Below, piece after piece: positions 1-13,974 of a DNA stretch of 64,000 nt (the stretch's first letter is position 1; each line of letters starts with the position of its first letter). Origin of the DNA: the human T2T-CHM13v2.0 reference genome, Homo sapiens; assembly GCF_009914755.1 (NCBI RefSeq), contig NC_060942.1. The stretch is one strand, 5' to 3'. Made by a program: the position numbers and the translations under genes. The notes under the pieces were generated by a model that worked only from the letters and a program-made list of their open reading frames with translations, searched no databases and was not told the origin of the DNA.

Positions 1-434
1 GGCATGTACTTCTTGAAGATTTGGATATTTTAGATTAGCATTTGTGGCTCTTAAATTGATTTTTTTTCTTCTTCACTTATAAAAATAATAACCAGGAAGT
101 ACAAGGTAAGATACGCAGCAGGCATTCACTTCATTTTATACATACTCACATATATATATGTGAACCCCAAGAAATCAATAGTTGTTAAAAATGTGGGAGA
201 TAAGTAGGGCTTCTTTGGAAATATTTTTTTCAGAGAAACGAGAGGATTATTTGATTTTTATTTTTTATGCTAATTGGGGAAAAAAGGTAAAGGATGTGTA
301 AATAGGATTCATATTTCTCATAGATTTGTTGTAAAATTTAATAGCATTAGTAAAAACTTGGATGGAGAAGACATTGCTTGAATGATTTTATGTTTCTCAG
401 ATTATTCTTCACCAGGACTCTATGTAAATGACCA

Positions 435-550
435 CTAGACAAGAGAACTAGGTCTTAGACAGCTTAGTATAGTTTCCAGCATTGCACAGTTACTAATTGA
501 TGAAGTCAGGAATGAAATCCAAGTCTGTGTAAATCCAAAACCTCTTCTAT
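435..550 (-). mobile_element. MIR fragment
   Basis: Degenerate reverse MIR core (cacagttactaattgatgaagtcaggaatgaaatccaagtctgtgtaaatccaaa). Confidence 0.5.
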
Positions 551-728
551 CTCTGTTGTAACACCTTACTGTGAGAGATTATCAAGAGGGCTGTGGAATT
601 ATCTCTAAACCTCTTAAAATACATGGTGATTTTCAATCTTGCTTCAGAGTTGCAGAAAGTAGGGAATGTATTAAACATGTGATCTAAATATTAAGTATTG
701 AAATAGAGTAAAAATGAATTCCTCATCT

Positions 729-1093
729 AACTTAGTCATTTCTGGCTGCTGTCACAGAATACTATGGGTTGAGTGGCTTAAACAATAGCTGTATTTCTCA
801 AAGTTCTCAAGTCTGGAAGTCCAAGATTAGGTGCCAGTATGGCTGGGTTCTTGGTGGGGGCCCTCCTCCTAGTTCACAGTGGGCCATCTTCTCACTTATC
901 TTCACATGGAGGAGAAGAGAGATCCGTTCCCTTCATCTCCTTATTAGTACACTATTCCCATCACAGGGGGTTCACTCTCATGACCTCATCTAAACCTGAT
1001 TACCTCCCAAACAGGCCACCTCCAAAAAGCACCCAATTTGGGATTAGGGCTTTAATACATGAATTTTGAGGGTACAGAGAGATTGTCCATAGC
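729..1093 (-). mobile_element. MaLR solo LTR, MLT1A-like
   Basis: Typical reverse-strand motifs: gtggcttaaacaa, tctggaagtccaagat, catgacctcatctaaacctgattacctcccaa, catgaattttgagg, ending tccatagc. Confidence 0.85.
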
Positions 1094-1809
1094 GTGATTA
1101 AACATTTTTTCTTCAAATATTATTACTCTTAACCTAAAGAGACGTTAAGTGCTGTGAAGACAGAAAAGGAGTTGATGACTGTACAGGCAACAAATAGAGC
1201 AAGGCTATGGCCACAGTGGATGCTGCCCTTGTCCATAGTGAACTCCATTCTTGCTGGATTTAAATACATTCAGGGCCATCTCCGGGAAGATTTTGTGTAG
1301 CACCTGCATTTGTGTTTTTATTGTGCTATTTCGATTTTTACGCATTTCTTCTGTAATACCCATCTTCTTATGCCTTAGGCTATTGCCACTCACTTTAGTG
1401 TCCTATTTTTAACTTGCAACTCTATTTATTTGGAGCTTACTTTCCTCTTTCCTAACCTGAGAATTTCTTTGTTAACACAATCTCTACTAAAATGAATGAC
1501 TCAAATATGGGCATTTTGTCCAGTGACCAAGACTTTGAGGTTATATTTGGAAGCATAGAAATTTTTTGCACGCTTACAATTATACTTTGAGAATGACTAC
1601 TTATTTTGTTACATCTAAGGGTCCTGGTAGCTTTACAGAAACACAGATTCTATGAGTCTTTAAAAAAACATAAGACCACTTATATTTATATTTTAATTTT
1701 AAATATTACAAAACAGAACAAAACAAAATTCAAAACAATTTCCAGTGCTTTCATTGTAAAAATGCCAACAAATTTAATGTCTAACATGTCACCTGCTGTA
1801 CTTTCCTCG

Positions 1810-1930
1810 TTACATAGATAGATAAGAAAATGAGGACCCAAATGGGCCAAAGGAATTTGACAAAGATCACAAAACTAATTAGCAGTGGAACTAAAATGCA
1901 AATCCAAGGCTGTCATTTCCTTATCAATGT
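1810..1930 (-). mobile_element. MIR fragment
   Basis: gataagaaaatgagg...atttgacaaagatcacaaaactaattagcagtggaac resembles the reverse MIR core. Confidence 0.6.
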
Positions 1931-2384
1931 TCATTTCAATAAGTAATATTGACTTTTTAGAAAGTCAAGTTATGAAGCTCTAGAAGAGACACGTAACAAC
2001 ACCTCAAGTAAGTCAACAAAGTAGTTGCCTTTGCCAGGAATGTCATCAACATTTATTTTATAGTAATTATATAATGTCTTCCCATCTCACCAATGATGGG
2101 CTTCCATTAGGTTCTACCAAAAAATTGTTCTTTTGATTGTTTAAAAATTTCTTTTATACTCATGTCTCAGTTTAACAGTTGTGGCAAATAATCTTTAAAT
2201 TTTTTTGCTCATGAAACACATTCAATCCATTGACAAATACAGCTGATTCTACATTCTCAGTGAATTTGTGTCTCTATTTCCTTCTCACTGTCAATGCCAA
2301 AGTGGCTTTTCTAAAGCACAATACAACTATTTCCTGTCCTTGTCCCTCCCAGGAAAACGGAAAGCTGGGGAACACATAGTGCCA

Positions 2385-2790
2385 AGCTTGGATTTGAGCC
2401 TCTCAACTTATTCCCACTTACTAGTGATTACAGAGTAATTGGGAAAAAAATTCATCATGTCTGTTCCTGCGTCCTCAGCTAGAAAATGTGAATGATAACA
2501 ACAATAATGTTGTGAGCCTCAAGTGAAAAAATTATATGCAAAAAGAGAAGAGCGCAGCAGGAAGATAGAGCTAATAGAAAGAATTAAGACTTGGAGTCAA
2601 AGTACCTGGCTTGGACTTCTGTTTCTGCCTATACTTGAAGTAATTTAGGAGCATTACTTTAACCTTTTATTTTATTTTTTCTATAAGTTAATTATAATAC
2701 TATTGATACTTTCATAAGATCATGGGGAAAATTAACTTAATGAATTACAAGCATTTAGAAAACCACATATAGTCAGTAAACACCTGATAT
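2385..2790 (+). mobile_element. Two adjacent MIR fragments
   Basis: ctcagctagaaaatgtgaatgataacaa...gttgtgag and agacttggagtcaaagtacctgg...ctgtttctgcct resemble forward MIR. Confidence 0.5.
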
Positions 2791-3530
2791 TATTAAATGA
2801 CTTGTAAACTTTGAAGCATTATAAAACAACAAATGTACCTAATATCGGGGCCCGGAAGTAAACTCCGGACTCTACATTTTTATATTATATCGTATTTCAT
2901 ATACTATTTTTGTCTACTTGAAGTGAGCATTTAATTTAATCAAAAGATTTGCTGGTTTGATTAAATTTAATAATATAAACAACAGTTACTCATGAGAATG
3001 TTTTATAAAATCCAGGAAATAAGCTAATTTTGAATGACACTAATTAGGCAAAAAGCTTTGCAATGTTTACTTTGTGGTATTTGATAGAACTTTTAATTTG
3101 ATTATCAAATAATTTTTTTGGTTTAAGAAAATAGTGGATTCATTACATTTTCTAAATACAGGCAAATTATTATTTTGAAAATATTTTAAAAGAAATATTT
3201 TCATGTTGTATCTTTGGCGAAAAGCAAATCATTAAAAATTACACTTGCTTAGAAGTACAAAAGATAAAAAAAGTGTGTAAAGAAAATCAATCAATTAATC
3301 AAAGTTTAAGTGCTTATTATGTTTCAGGGTAGACATGAAAAAATGAATTACCCACAGTTCTTGATGTGATATCGAGCTACAATGTACTGTACCTACACTG
3401 ATACACCGATCAGTTTAGATTACTCATTAGTAAACTCAGTTTGTTCCTTAAAGCAAGTCAAAACTTAAAAAGTTTCACTCGCTTGAATTTCTCAAAGTGT
3501 CTCTTTGAGGAAAGATGTTGAATAAAACTC

Positions 3531-3814
3531 TTTTTTTTTTAAGACAAGAGTCTTGCTCTGTCACCTAGGCTGGCGTGATCTCAGCTCACTGCAACCATCG
3601 CCGCCCGGGGTCAAGTGATTCTCCTGCCTCAGCCTCCGAGTAGCTGGGATTACAGCCACATGCCACCATGCCCGGTTAATTTTTTGTATTTTTAGTAGAG
3701 GTGGGGTTTCACCATGTTGCCCAGGCTGGTCTCGAACTCCTGAGCTCAGGCAATCTGCCCCCCCTCGGCCTCCCAAAGTGCTAGGATTACAGGCGTGAGA
3801 CACTGCGCCCAGCC
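3531..3814 (-). mobile_element. Alu (S/J-age), near full length
   Basis: Poly-T, both monomers and the ttttttgtatttttagtagag linker, ending gcgcccagcc. About 9 bp (agtgcagtg) are missing near 3572. Degenerate TSD core taaaact on both sides. Confidence 0.97.
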
Positions 3815-6544
3815 TTGTAAAACTTCTTTGAAATGCCATTAGTTCCTGTTATTTTTCCCCTGTACTTTACAAGTAAACTGACTGTGCCATTTTATTTGTG
3901 TCAAGTAGCTTGTGCCTCCCATTTCCATTTTTGTCAGCTACTAATGCTATCTTGCAGCAGTGCTGTTCAGTGGGCCCAGGGGAGCCAAGTGTCAGTTTTT
4001 CCAGATGGCAAGCTGCCAGTCTATAGCACACTGCTCAAAGTCACAGACAGACTGCATTTCTTTGCAGAACCAAAGAACATCATTTACTTTATGCACACCT
4101 TTGTACATGATCAGCTCACAGTAGTTGATGAAATAGCCCTGAAAAAGACACAGATTGAGAGCGAGACACAATGACCGAGACAGGAAAGGAAGAGAGAGAT
4201 AAGGAGATGCAAAGAGACACAGGAGGATGCTATTTTAGTGAATTCAGCCCATTTTCTGGGCTATTATTGAACGACATACTTATTTTGTAAAAGGAAAGTT
4301 TTTAAACATTATTGCCAATTTACAGGAACTTCTCTCCTAATAGCTGGAACAAAATTCTCAATTTGCTCTAATTAAAATACTAGTTTTGGGGAATGAATTT
4401 TTCCCCTTTGATATTTAAACTGAACATTAAAAAAAGCTAAATCACTTTAAATGGTCTTTAAATTGCATTCTCTCTATCAGAATTGTTAACTCTTTTTGCC
4501 TAAGGAGAAAACCCACCATGTATGAATATAATATCTGAGTGGAATAGAAAGTGGCTTTTCTGTAATAAATATTTTGGCTATTACAGAGTTTGTATTTAAA
4601 TGGGAAGTATTATGAGTTCTACCAATGGGGAATGCTAAATGAGAAATATGTTATTTCTTAATAGCCATGTAAATGAAAACCTGAAGCATGGGAAACTGTA
4701 TGATCTGAAATAATATATCTACAGGTAGAAAGTTTAAATGCAAAGGGCTATAAATCACAAGATGCAGCAGAACATAGCATATAGGCAGTGAAGGCTGCAA
4801 CCAAGACAGGGATTTCAGTGTCAAGCCTACTAGGTATCAGAAGATGGGCAATCCCTTTGGGCCTAATCTGTAAATAAGAAGTTTGGTTTGGTTCTTTAAA
4901 TTGCTCCCTTCTTTCAGGTGATATTGATTATAACTAAAAGTCAAATACCTACTGAGCAAGTATAAAGCATTACTTTGAGATAGTTTTGTTATTATAACAC
5001 ATCTTCATTTTATGATATAGAAAAATGACGTTATTTTGGAAGAGGAATTCAGAAATGCAATGTTTTCTGATGGCTCTTTCTTAATACAAACATTGATAAT
5101 TCCCAGGGCTCATGTATATTGAATAACCACAGTGCGATGCCAGCATCTGAGAGCTATGATTATTGTTGTTCTTAATTTTTTCATCACCTTCAAATGTCTT
5201 TAATCAAATAATTAATGAATTTTATTCATGTAAGAATTAAAGGAATAAATTATTTTTCTACTGGAAAGAAGTTATTTTAATTCACAACTAAAAGTAAAAT
5301 TGTAAGTGTTACAATGGGCAATGACAGAAACATGATTATTTTTTAAATAAGATAGCATAAAGCTAGACTTTAAAAAATGTATTCTAAAAATAATAACATT
5401 TCTATTTTTTGTATACTACCTTGTTCCAAGATAAAATTTGAATTATAACTTTGAATATTCTTTAAGTTATTACAGCATTTCGACTTTTATTACAAGATAG
5501 AAAGTTTATGGCAGGATAAACAGATAAAAAGAACTGCAAAAAATCTTTTCAATTTGAAAAACCCTTCTTGATCAACTCTATTTTACTAAATCTTCTCATT
5601 TATTTATCAAAGATTTCCAAAAGTGTACGGTGTTAGTTCAGATGCTATGAAATTCAAAGAAAAATGAATCATTTACACTGCATTTCAGAAGCTTAATAAA
5701 GGCTGCAAAATACAATGCAACCCTTGGAGTCCACAAATAGTACCATCACCATACAGAACCAAATATACGCTTTTTAAAAATTTTGACTTAAAGAATTAAT
5801 TTTATATTCTAAGTATAGAGTTTTTAGATGTAGTATTGCTGGTCAGTAATCAGAGCACTAGTTTTTAAGAAAAAATCAACTTTGGTATTTTCATAGTAAG
5901 AGAAGCAGAGGGAAATTTTCATGTGTTATGAATTTGAAACATATATGTAGATAGCTTTATATTCTCTATGAGGAATCTATGGCTCACATTGACTAAATAG
6001 CTTTCCCAAGATTCAAGTCTGATGATAGCAAGAGCTGTCTCAATTCAGAGAATCCTGGATGTAGCACGAGGGCTCACTCCATTATTTCCTGGTATGGTAA
6101 GACTTTATGGGGTTGGGAGGATTTAAAATGTTTTAATTCCTTGTTGCTTTTGTCCTCAGTATTGTGAATGCAATGGCTGGCACATGGTAGGAATTTGTTT
6201 AAAATTTGAGTTGTTGAGGAAAGGAATCAATAAAGAAGCTCTAAGGGCATAATTTATATTAGTGTATGATAAAATATAGGAGGCAATGTGTACATGAGAG
6301 GATGGGAGTGGCAAAGAGTTCTAGGAGATTGAAGAAAAGAGACTAAAGCCCAGACCTTTCTTTCTCATTGTTTTCTAGCCCATTGTTCAGGCTTCCTCAC
6401 TATCGTTCCATACAAATATAAAAGACTGAGTAATTTCTAGAGTGCCAGTCTTCTACAAAACTTTCACATGCTTTTTCATTAACATAACAGTTAGTGCTTC
6501 ATGTGTTATTAATATAATGACCAGTGTTCACTTTAATAGGAACT

Positions 6545-6720
6545 GAGCTCGGCACCCTTTCTCTTGATCTCGTTTCATTCTCATAAGCCCTCTGAGGTAG
6601 ATGCTACTATTACCCTTGGAAGGCAATGGAACAAAAGCTGAAGCCTTTGAAACTTTCCCCATTCAAACTGTTAATCAGCAGTGAGCCTGGGATGTGGATG
6701 CTGTGCTGACTGAAGGAGAG
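6545..6720 (-). mobile_element. MIR fragment
   Basis: tcattctcataagccctctgaggtagatgctactattaccc matches the reverse MIR core. Confidence 0.6.
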
Positions 6721-8520
6721 TTTCTGCTTGTAACAGCTACAGGAGTATTCTGCATCAAATACGTATTCTGCATAAATTAGTTTCATAGGTTATAAATAGA
6801 AAAAGAAAAAAATAGCAGCTCTGTTTTATGTTCAAATAATACATTGGAACCAAGACACCTATTTGGTTTATTCAAGATTTCTCTAGAATTTTAAATGGTT
6901 ATATGCATTACATTTTCAACAGAATACAGGAATAATGTATGTTGCATTTCTTAAAAGTATTTGACCATGTAACACCTGTTTAAAAATTATTTTTTCCTAA
7001 TTTGTTAAATTCCTTTTCTGGGTTACTGTCTATTAACCCTCTCATCTTCTCCAAATATCTCAGCCCTATCTCATAGCTAGCCCCAGACCATTACTTGCCA
7101 TGGTAAAACATATACAAGGTAATTAAGAAATATTTCTTCAAAAATAAGTGCATATAGTAATCTGATATTTTGCTGCTATTTCCTTATTTTGAAACTGCTT
7201 TTTTTCTGAAAACTGTGCAAGTCTAAGTCCACTGTTTTTTTTTTTTTTCATATACTTGCTAATAAAACTTTCATTATCCGTTAGCTGAAGCCATTTGTCA
7301 CTTTGGACTTAAATTTTTTTTTTCAATTACAGTGAATTTTTTTGATGGCAGGAATGATATATCATTCATCTTGATGTTTTTCAATGCAAATAGTAGAATC
7401 TTAATAAATGTCGAATGTGACTACTTTTCATTTCCTCTCGGATCCAGCATTCCTGTGAACACTTATGCATAGGCTATGTTTACTTCTATCCTGTCCATAA
7501 TTAAGGTTATTTCAGATCTTGAGAGATGAGGTTTTAGATAGCAGAGATCTTCTCAAGTTAGACTAATTAATGGTCCTAGCTTTCATATAACATTTCACTG
7601 GTAAAGAAAAAGGCATGGAATTTATTTCTTCTTACCAAAGAATATTTCATAAACTATATATTTTTTTCTGATTGTAACAAATAACAATTTGAGATATCAC
7701 AGCATCTGCTCACACTAGGAAGCCTAAGGGAGAGGAGATTACAGTTATCCAGTTTGGATATGACAGGTCTTGAGGCTGGGAATGGAAAGGGAATATCAGC
7801 TTCAAGCAGTGGTGTAAATAGGGTGGTGTGGTCACACTGCTTACAAACACAGAAGGAGAGAATAGGGCCAAAAGTTTTGATCTGGGTGCCTTCAGATAAT
7901 TCCTCCCATGCGTCTGGGATGACTCTTGTTAGTCTGCATTGTATAGTGGCCCGGCTTCATCTTAACCTTTTTGTTCATCTGTAGCCTTGTAACCACTTTT
8001 ACATGTTTGTACTGACCAGCCTTGTACCAAACATGTCTAACCTGTTGCCTACACAAGGGTATCTTTCACTGAGTCCCTGAGAAATTATTCCTATGCCCTG
8101 CTTCTAATCCCAGTCAGTTGTAGTATTTTTCCTGAGATACCTCCCCACTCGTGGACTTAACAGATGTTATCATGATCATAAGAATCATTAACATGGCTTT
8201 CTGTATTTATGGGCTTGCGCTAAACTGACTCAATTTTCCTTTTCTCCTAATTTTTTCTCTTAATTCTGTTCTTGGTTTTCTTGTTTGTATATTGTCTGAA
8301 TAAATTCTAATCATTCCTGTCTCTACGGGCGGCACTACCTACCTTTATGAATGTTAAGTGATAAATAGATGTCTGTGCACTAAAAACCCATACAATTATA
8401 CATTCCAAATCTACGGATTTTGAGAATATTTTTGCTCTTGTTATTGCTTTTTAACAGTCAGATATTCTTTCTCAGCCAGGGTTGTCAAGTCAGATTCAAA
8501 TCAAACATGGCGATGTTCAT

Positions 8521-8780
8521 TAAACTATGAGGATGCAAAGGCATAAGAATGATACAATGAACTTTGGGGACTTGAGGAGAAGAGTGGGAGGGGGGAAAGG
8601 GATAAAAGACTACAATATGGTGCAGTGCATACTGCTCAGGTGATGGGTGCACCAAAATCTCACAAATCACCACTAAAGAACTGACTCTTGTAACCAAATA
8701 CCACCTTTACCCGAATAACTTATGGAACAATAAAATAAAATAATAAAATTAAAACAAAACAAAAACAAACAAAAAAAAAT
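8521..8780 (+). mobile_element. 5'-truncated L1PB1-like 3' end with A-rich tail
   Basis: ctatgaggatgcaaaggcataagaatgatacaatg...gggtgcaccaaaatctcacaaatcaccactaaagaac...aataacttatgg, then an A-rich tail. Confidence 0.92.
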
Positions 8781-10618
8781 AATTAACTGTTATAGCAGAG
8801 CAAGAAAACTGATATTCTTGCATGGTTGATAACAAAAGATGTGTCTGTTTTACCTATTTTATGTGGCTTATAAACTGGTTTTGAAAGTAATTTCAGATTT
8901 TTCAAAAGATAACATCACAATAATCAGTCACTGGATTTCAGTCATCGTTTAAGAATATTTATTTTCATAGACAAAATCCTGCCCAAGAATATACAAATTA
9001 GTAATAGATAAGCCTAGTTTTAAAAAAAATAGTAAATAATCAGAGATCTCACCATATAAGCGCCATTCACTTACTCATGTGCAATGGGGACTTTTTACTA
9101 GACTCGGTCCAGAAGCTGCAGTTCTAGCCAATCTAATGCCTTGGCTTAATTTTGTTTGCCTGGACGAGTGGTGAGCTGAAGTAACGCCAGAGTGAAAATC
9201 TCAATTCAGAGACAGCAATGTTTTCTTGACTCTCAGGGCTGATCTCATTGTTGCTGCTAATTCCAACTTGGCTCCTGCTGATCACTGGCAAAGGGATCTG
9301 ATACTGTTTTACTTTCAATTTGGGGAAATATTTTAGAATTTGCCTTGGGGCAGAAAGCTCAAGTTAAAACTGGTCTCATGCCAGCAAAATGAGAAGTTGT
9401 CAATACATGTTTGTTGAATTGAATTGAACAGTCCTGGATGCAATTAGTATTATGACAGGAAAGAGGAGGCTGGTGGCAATTACTCAATATTTGTGCATCA
9501 CCTACTATATAATAGTATGTATGAAAGAGAGAGCACAGTTTACTTCTCTGACCTTCAATAGCTTCCAATCTTGTAATGGCTGACAGTGAGACATACTGCA
9601 CTTCCTTACAAAACATAGAAATAATGAGGGAGAGAAGAACAAACCTATCACCATGCCCCAGGCAACATTATAGAGAAGTTTCAAACCATGTTTCAAGACA
9701 AGGCTGTAAATACACATCCTTGGCAAATTATACCAATTATGCCTCCCTGGTAAGGTTGTCATGCATATAAATATTTACCTATCACTTAACATAATGCTTG
9801 CCATCTAGTCAAAGCTCAATCAGCAAGGGACAATCCTACAGAATCAGGGTTGGGGCCTCTTGGCCATTTGCAAATTGCAATGCTTCCTTCTGAACATGAA
9901 TTTGGAAAGCAACCTGGGTAGGAAACCACAGCAGAGCAAGGCAATTGCCCTAGGAAATGTATGTAAGTTATAACTTACAAGGCAGTGGAACTAAGCATTA
10001 GGTATTTTCTAGTTCTTTATAGCTTACGTTTTCTCTTGCAGTCTCTCATGCTGGTTACTTTGTAATAGCTCTGGTAAGGAAATTTGAGAATGTCCCTCTA
10101 AAGTCTTAATGAGATAGAAAATATAATTGGATAGCATCTTTAATACAAAAGAGAGAGACATGGAATTACAGGGAAGAAAGTAAGACCAAAATAATGTTCA
10201 ACTTAATCTTTAAAAGTATTTTTTTTTGTCTGAGCACAAGGAGCAGTATCAAATGTCTGTTCAGATAGTTGGTGTGGTCCAGAAATTAAATGAGAGACCT
10301 CTTATTCTATGTGCTGGGTAACAAGTTTGGGTATGACAATTGTGTTTTCCTGAATAAAAATAGAAGCAATTAACTAAGAACACTTCCCACTGATTTCCAT
10401 CTCTTAGAATTTTATACCATTTACTGTCTAAATTTAAATTTGTGCTTGGTTAAAAAAAAATAGTTCTCCACTGATCTAATTTTCCCTAATTTATATATGA
10501 CACACACACCCACAGACACACATATGTAAAACACCTCTAACTAGACTCTCTTTTTATTTTTACTAACTCATATTTACTTCTTGACAATATCTATTTCTCT
10601 TCGTATCCATGACCTGCT

Positions 10619-11025
10619 TGATATGGTTTGTATGTGTCCTCTTCTAAATTCAGATGATAAAACTTAATTAGCAATGTGATGGTATTAAGAGGTGGGACCT
10701 TTAAGAGATGACAAGGCCAAAATTGCTCCTTCCTTTTCAATAGGATTAAGTCCCTTATAAAAGAGACTTCACAGGGTGTTCTGCTTACTTACCCTTCTGC
10801 TTTCAGCCATCTGAGAACACAGTGTTCCTTTTTTCCAGAAAATGCAACAACAAGGGTCCATCTTGGAAGCAGAGGGCAGCCTTCACCAGACAATCAAACC
10901 TGCCACCTGCCTGTGCCTTGATGTTGGACTTCTCAGCTTCTAGAACTGTGAGAAAATAAATTTCTATTTATAAATTATCTGCTTTCAGGTATTTTTGTTG
11001 GAGCAGTACAAAACAGACTAAGACA
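10619..11025 (+). mobile_element. MaLR solo LTR (MSTC/MSTD/MLT1A group)
   Basis: Starts tgatatggtttg and ends agactaagaca. Internal cccttataaaagag, ccatcttggaagcagag and agaactgtgagaaaataaatttct. Confidence 0.9.
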
Positions 11026-11227
11026 ATAATTCTGGCTGCACTTTGATATTCATTTAAGTTTCTATTTAACATCTTGTTGCTGTGCTAAGAGTGTTCATGT
11101 GACTGCAGTTGCTTCTGCAAAGATCACACGAAGATACTAGTTAATAAGGAGCTTAATTTTTGCTTAGTCTCAGAGTCTTATTTGTCTTGGATCACTTTCC
11201 TCTCCTTTATCGTAATTTGTCCGTATT

Positions 11228-11380
11228 AGTGGCTCTCAAGCTAGGGTGAATCTCTGAATCTTCTGTGGAGCTTCTCAAAGACACAGATGCTACCACTGTA
11301 GCCTAGGGTTTCTGAGTCAGATCCTGGATGGGATTGAGCATTGGAATAACAGATGCATAATTAGAAGATCCCAGGGTGAG
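11228..11380. mobile_element. MER5-like hAT-Charlie fragment
   Basis: agtggctctcaagct...gaatcttctgtggagctt...acagatgct...tctgagtcag resembles MER5. Confidence 0.5.
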
Positions 11381-12519
11381 CTTTGCCACCCCTTAGATTT
11401 ACTTACATTCCATAAGAAAGGTCTGTTTATACACATTTTGCTGCCCCCAGCTGCACAGATTTTCACTTTGCTTAGTAGGCCTAACCTGCCAGTCCAAATT
11501 TCTACTCCTAATGTATAAACTTGTGCATTGACGTTAATTCGTCAAGTTTATTTCTTCCATTTTGATAACTATTAAATCATACTGAATGTCCAGCAAGTAA
11601 ATTTTATTTGAAAATGCTATTAAAAACTAGGTTTAAATTAATTAATATGGTACATTAGTTAACGGTATAGGTTAGATAAATGCATTTTAATTTTGTTTTC
11701 TGAGAAAATGCTTTAAACAATATATTACATTAGTAAAGAAAATTCCACATTGTAAACTGAGCTGTTGATGTAATTATCTTGATTAGTGTTTTTGAACCCT
11801 TTCAAATCAGGCCTAACAACAGGTCTCCTATTCTATCTCTGTGCTTGCTAATCTATTATCACTTTTAGGGACAACATTAGTTAAGAAGCCCACAACAATT
11901 ATTTGGTATTATATCATAATTACTCTTCTCTCTGGACAATTTAACTTTTTCAAGAACACAAAGTAATACAAGAATCAAACTATTATATCACAAAAAATGG
12001 TTTTATAGTTTTTTGTTCCGTTATAAAAATAGTTTAAAGAATGGAATGCAAGAAACTTATTCACGTGTTCCAAAAAATTGCTTAAAATAGATGGGATGCT
12101 TAATGTGATTGCCATTAAAAGAAATCAGTAAGGAAACTCTTCAGCCATTGAAGCAATCAAACACAGCTGAATAACATTTATTGGAAACCATGATATATTT
12201 TATAAATCAAGATGGTAAATCAATATCAAGGTTGAAGGTGCACCTGTGGTGATCAGTCTTGGTTGCATTTTCCGGACAGGTGACCACATAATATGGATTG
12301 GGAAGAGGCTTATATTGAACAGAGGAGATAAACTGATATCTGGGTCATTCACTGCATACAGCCACAAAGAAGATGGGAACTTAATGAATGAGTCTTCTTA
12401 TGTGCATATAATTACATAAACAAACAAGAAACACTCATGTGAGAGTAGTGGCATTGTCAAATTAAATGGTTAGTATATGTTAGAGGTTACAAAATTAAAA
12501 ATAAGAAGCTGCATCATAA

Positions 12520-12680
12520 ATCATAGAATCTGTGAAGCAAAAAGTACCTTAGAGAATGTAACTCAACACTCTCATTTTACAGATGTGAAATAAAGAAGCA
12601 GAGCAGATAAATGATTTGCTCAAGCCAAAATAATAGGTAATGTCTAGATCGAGAAACCCAGATGCTATTCTTTCTGTTTC
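12520..12680 (-). mobile_element. MIR fragment
   Basis: ctcattttacagatgtgaaa...gcagataaatgatttgctcaag. Confidence 0.7.
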
Positions 12681-13311
12681 TGATGTATATTTGTAATATC
12701 CAGGAATTACACAAAAGCATACATAGACATGTAGAATTAATATAATGTTTCTATGGTGAAAGATATTTAGCTAGTTGGTTTTCTGGAGTTTCATTTCTAT
12801 TTTCCCAGAAGTAGAATTTTATTTATACAAGGTAGACCTCCAGAGAAATCCACAAAAGTTTTCATGTCAAAAAATATATTTTCCATTGCAGTTGAAAAAA
12901 GGAGTGGTGGAAAATTTTGGTTCGTGTAACTTTGAGAAGAAAAAATGGAAATCTAAAATGTTTTATTATAAATTTAAATAGTCACAGTAAAAAACATTTC
13001 TTATATGGTTTCTAGGTTGACATTCTATAGTATGTGTCTACTCTTCTCAGTACCCTCAAACTTCAAATTCAGTAAGTGAGAATTTGTGAGTGGGAATGTT
13101 CGAAACAGAACATGTTTAAAAAGGAATGTTATTTGTCTCTTTTAGCATCGAGATGAGCTATTTCCCTTCACTGTCAATCAATGTAATGATTTATTGTTGT
13201 CTTCTGACAAATATTGTAAATCACCATGGAAAATTTTACACCTTCAGTGTTTCTATTCACAAACTCTAATTAGTGTTGAATCATCTCCTACCCTAACTCT
13301 CAGTGACTCTG

Positions 13312-13825
13312 TGTGTCAGTTACCAATTGCTTTTAACAAGCCACCCCAAAGCTTAATGGCTTGAAGTAACTATTTAGTTCATGAATTCCATGGGTTATCA
13401 ATTTGTTATCAACTGTGTGGTTCTTCTGTTGGTCTTGACCAACCTCACTCATTCAATAGAGTTACGTGTTAGTCATTTGGAAGACTGCTGCTGGGAACTG
13501 AATGGCTGTGTGCTGTGACGACAGAAGTGGCTAGGCCACATGTCACCCTCAAACAGCAGGCTAGCTGTGGGTTTGTCAAATGTGGTGGTGGCAGGGATCC
13601 AAACAGCATAAATAGCAAGAAAACATCATTGTGCAAAAGGTTTTAAGTCTCTGCTCACATCATAATGCTAATATTCTCTGGGCCAATAAATATGACATGG
13701 CCAACCCAGAGTCAGGAGGTGAAGAAACAGTTCCCACCTCTTGATAAAAATACCTGCAAAATCACACCACAAGCCATAAATTCAGGGACGAAAAGAATTT
13801 TTCATCAGTTTTACAATTTACCACA
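13312..13825 (-). mobile_element. Old MaLR LTR (MLT1G-K group)
   Basis: tgtcagttaccaattgc...ccaccccaaagcttaatggcttgaa at one end; cccacctcttgat and ttacaatttaccaca at the other. Confidence 0.75.
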
Positions 13826-13974
13826 TGTTGGTGCTGCTCATAACTGAGGAGCTGCCTGCATAGACTGTCATAAAATTAAATAACTTGTTCAATGTCCCAT
13901 ACATAGTCAGTTTTAGAGAAAGCTTCAAGCCAAGGTATGTTTGATTCTAAAGCTATCGAACCATCTTTTGGCAG

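Noticed and set aside
6745-6776. Short tandem duplication gtattctgcat x2 (similar cases at ~15135-15182, 45870-45901 and 55743-55768)
   Set aside because: Ordinary slippage-type micro-duplications with no further structure.
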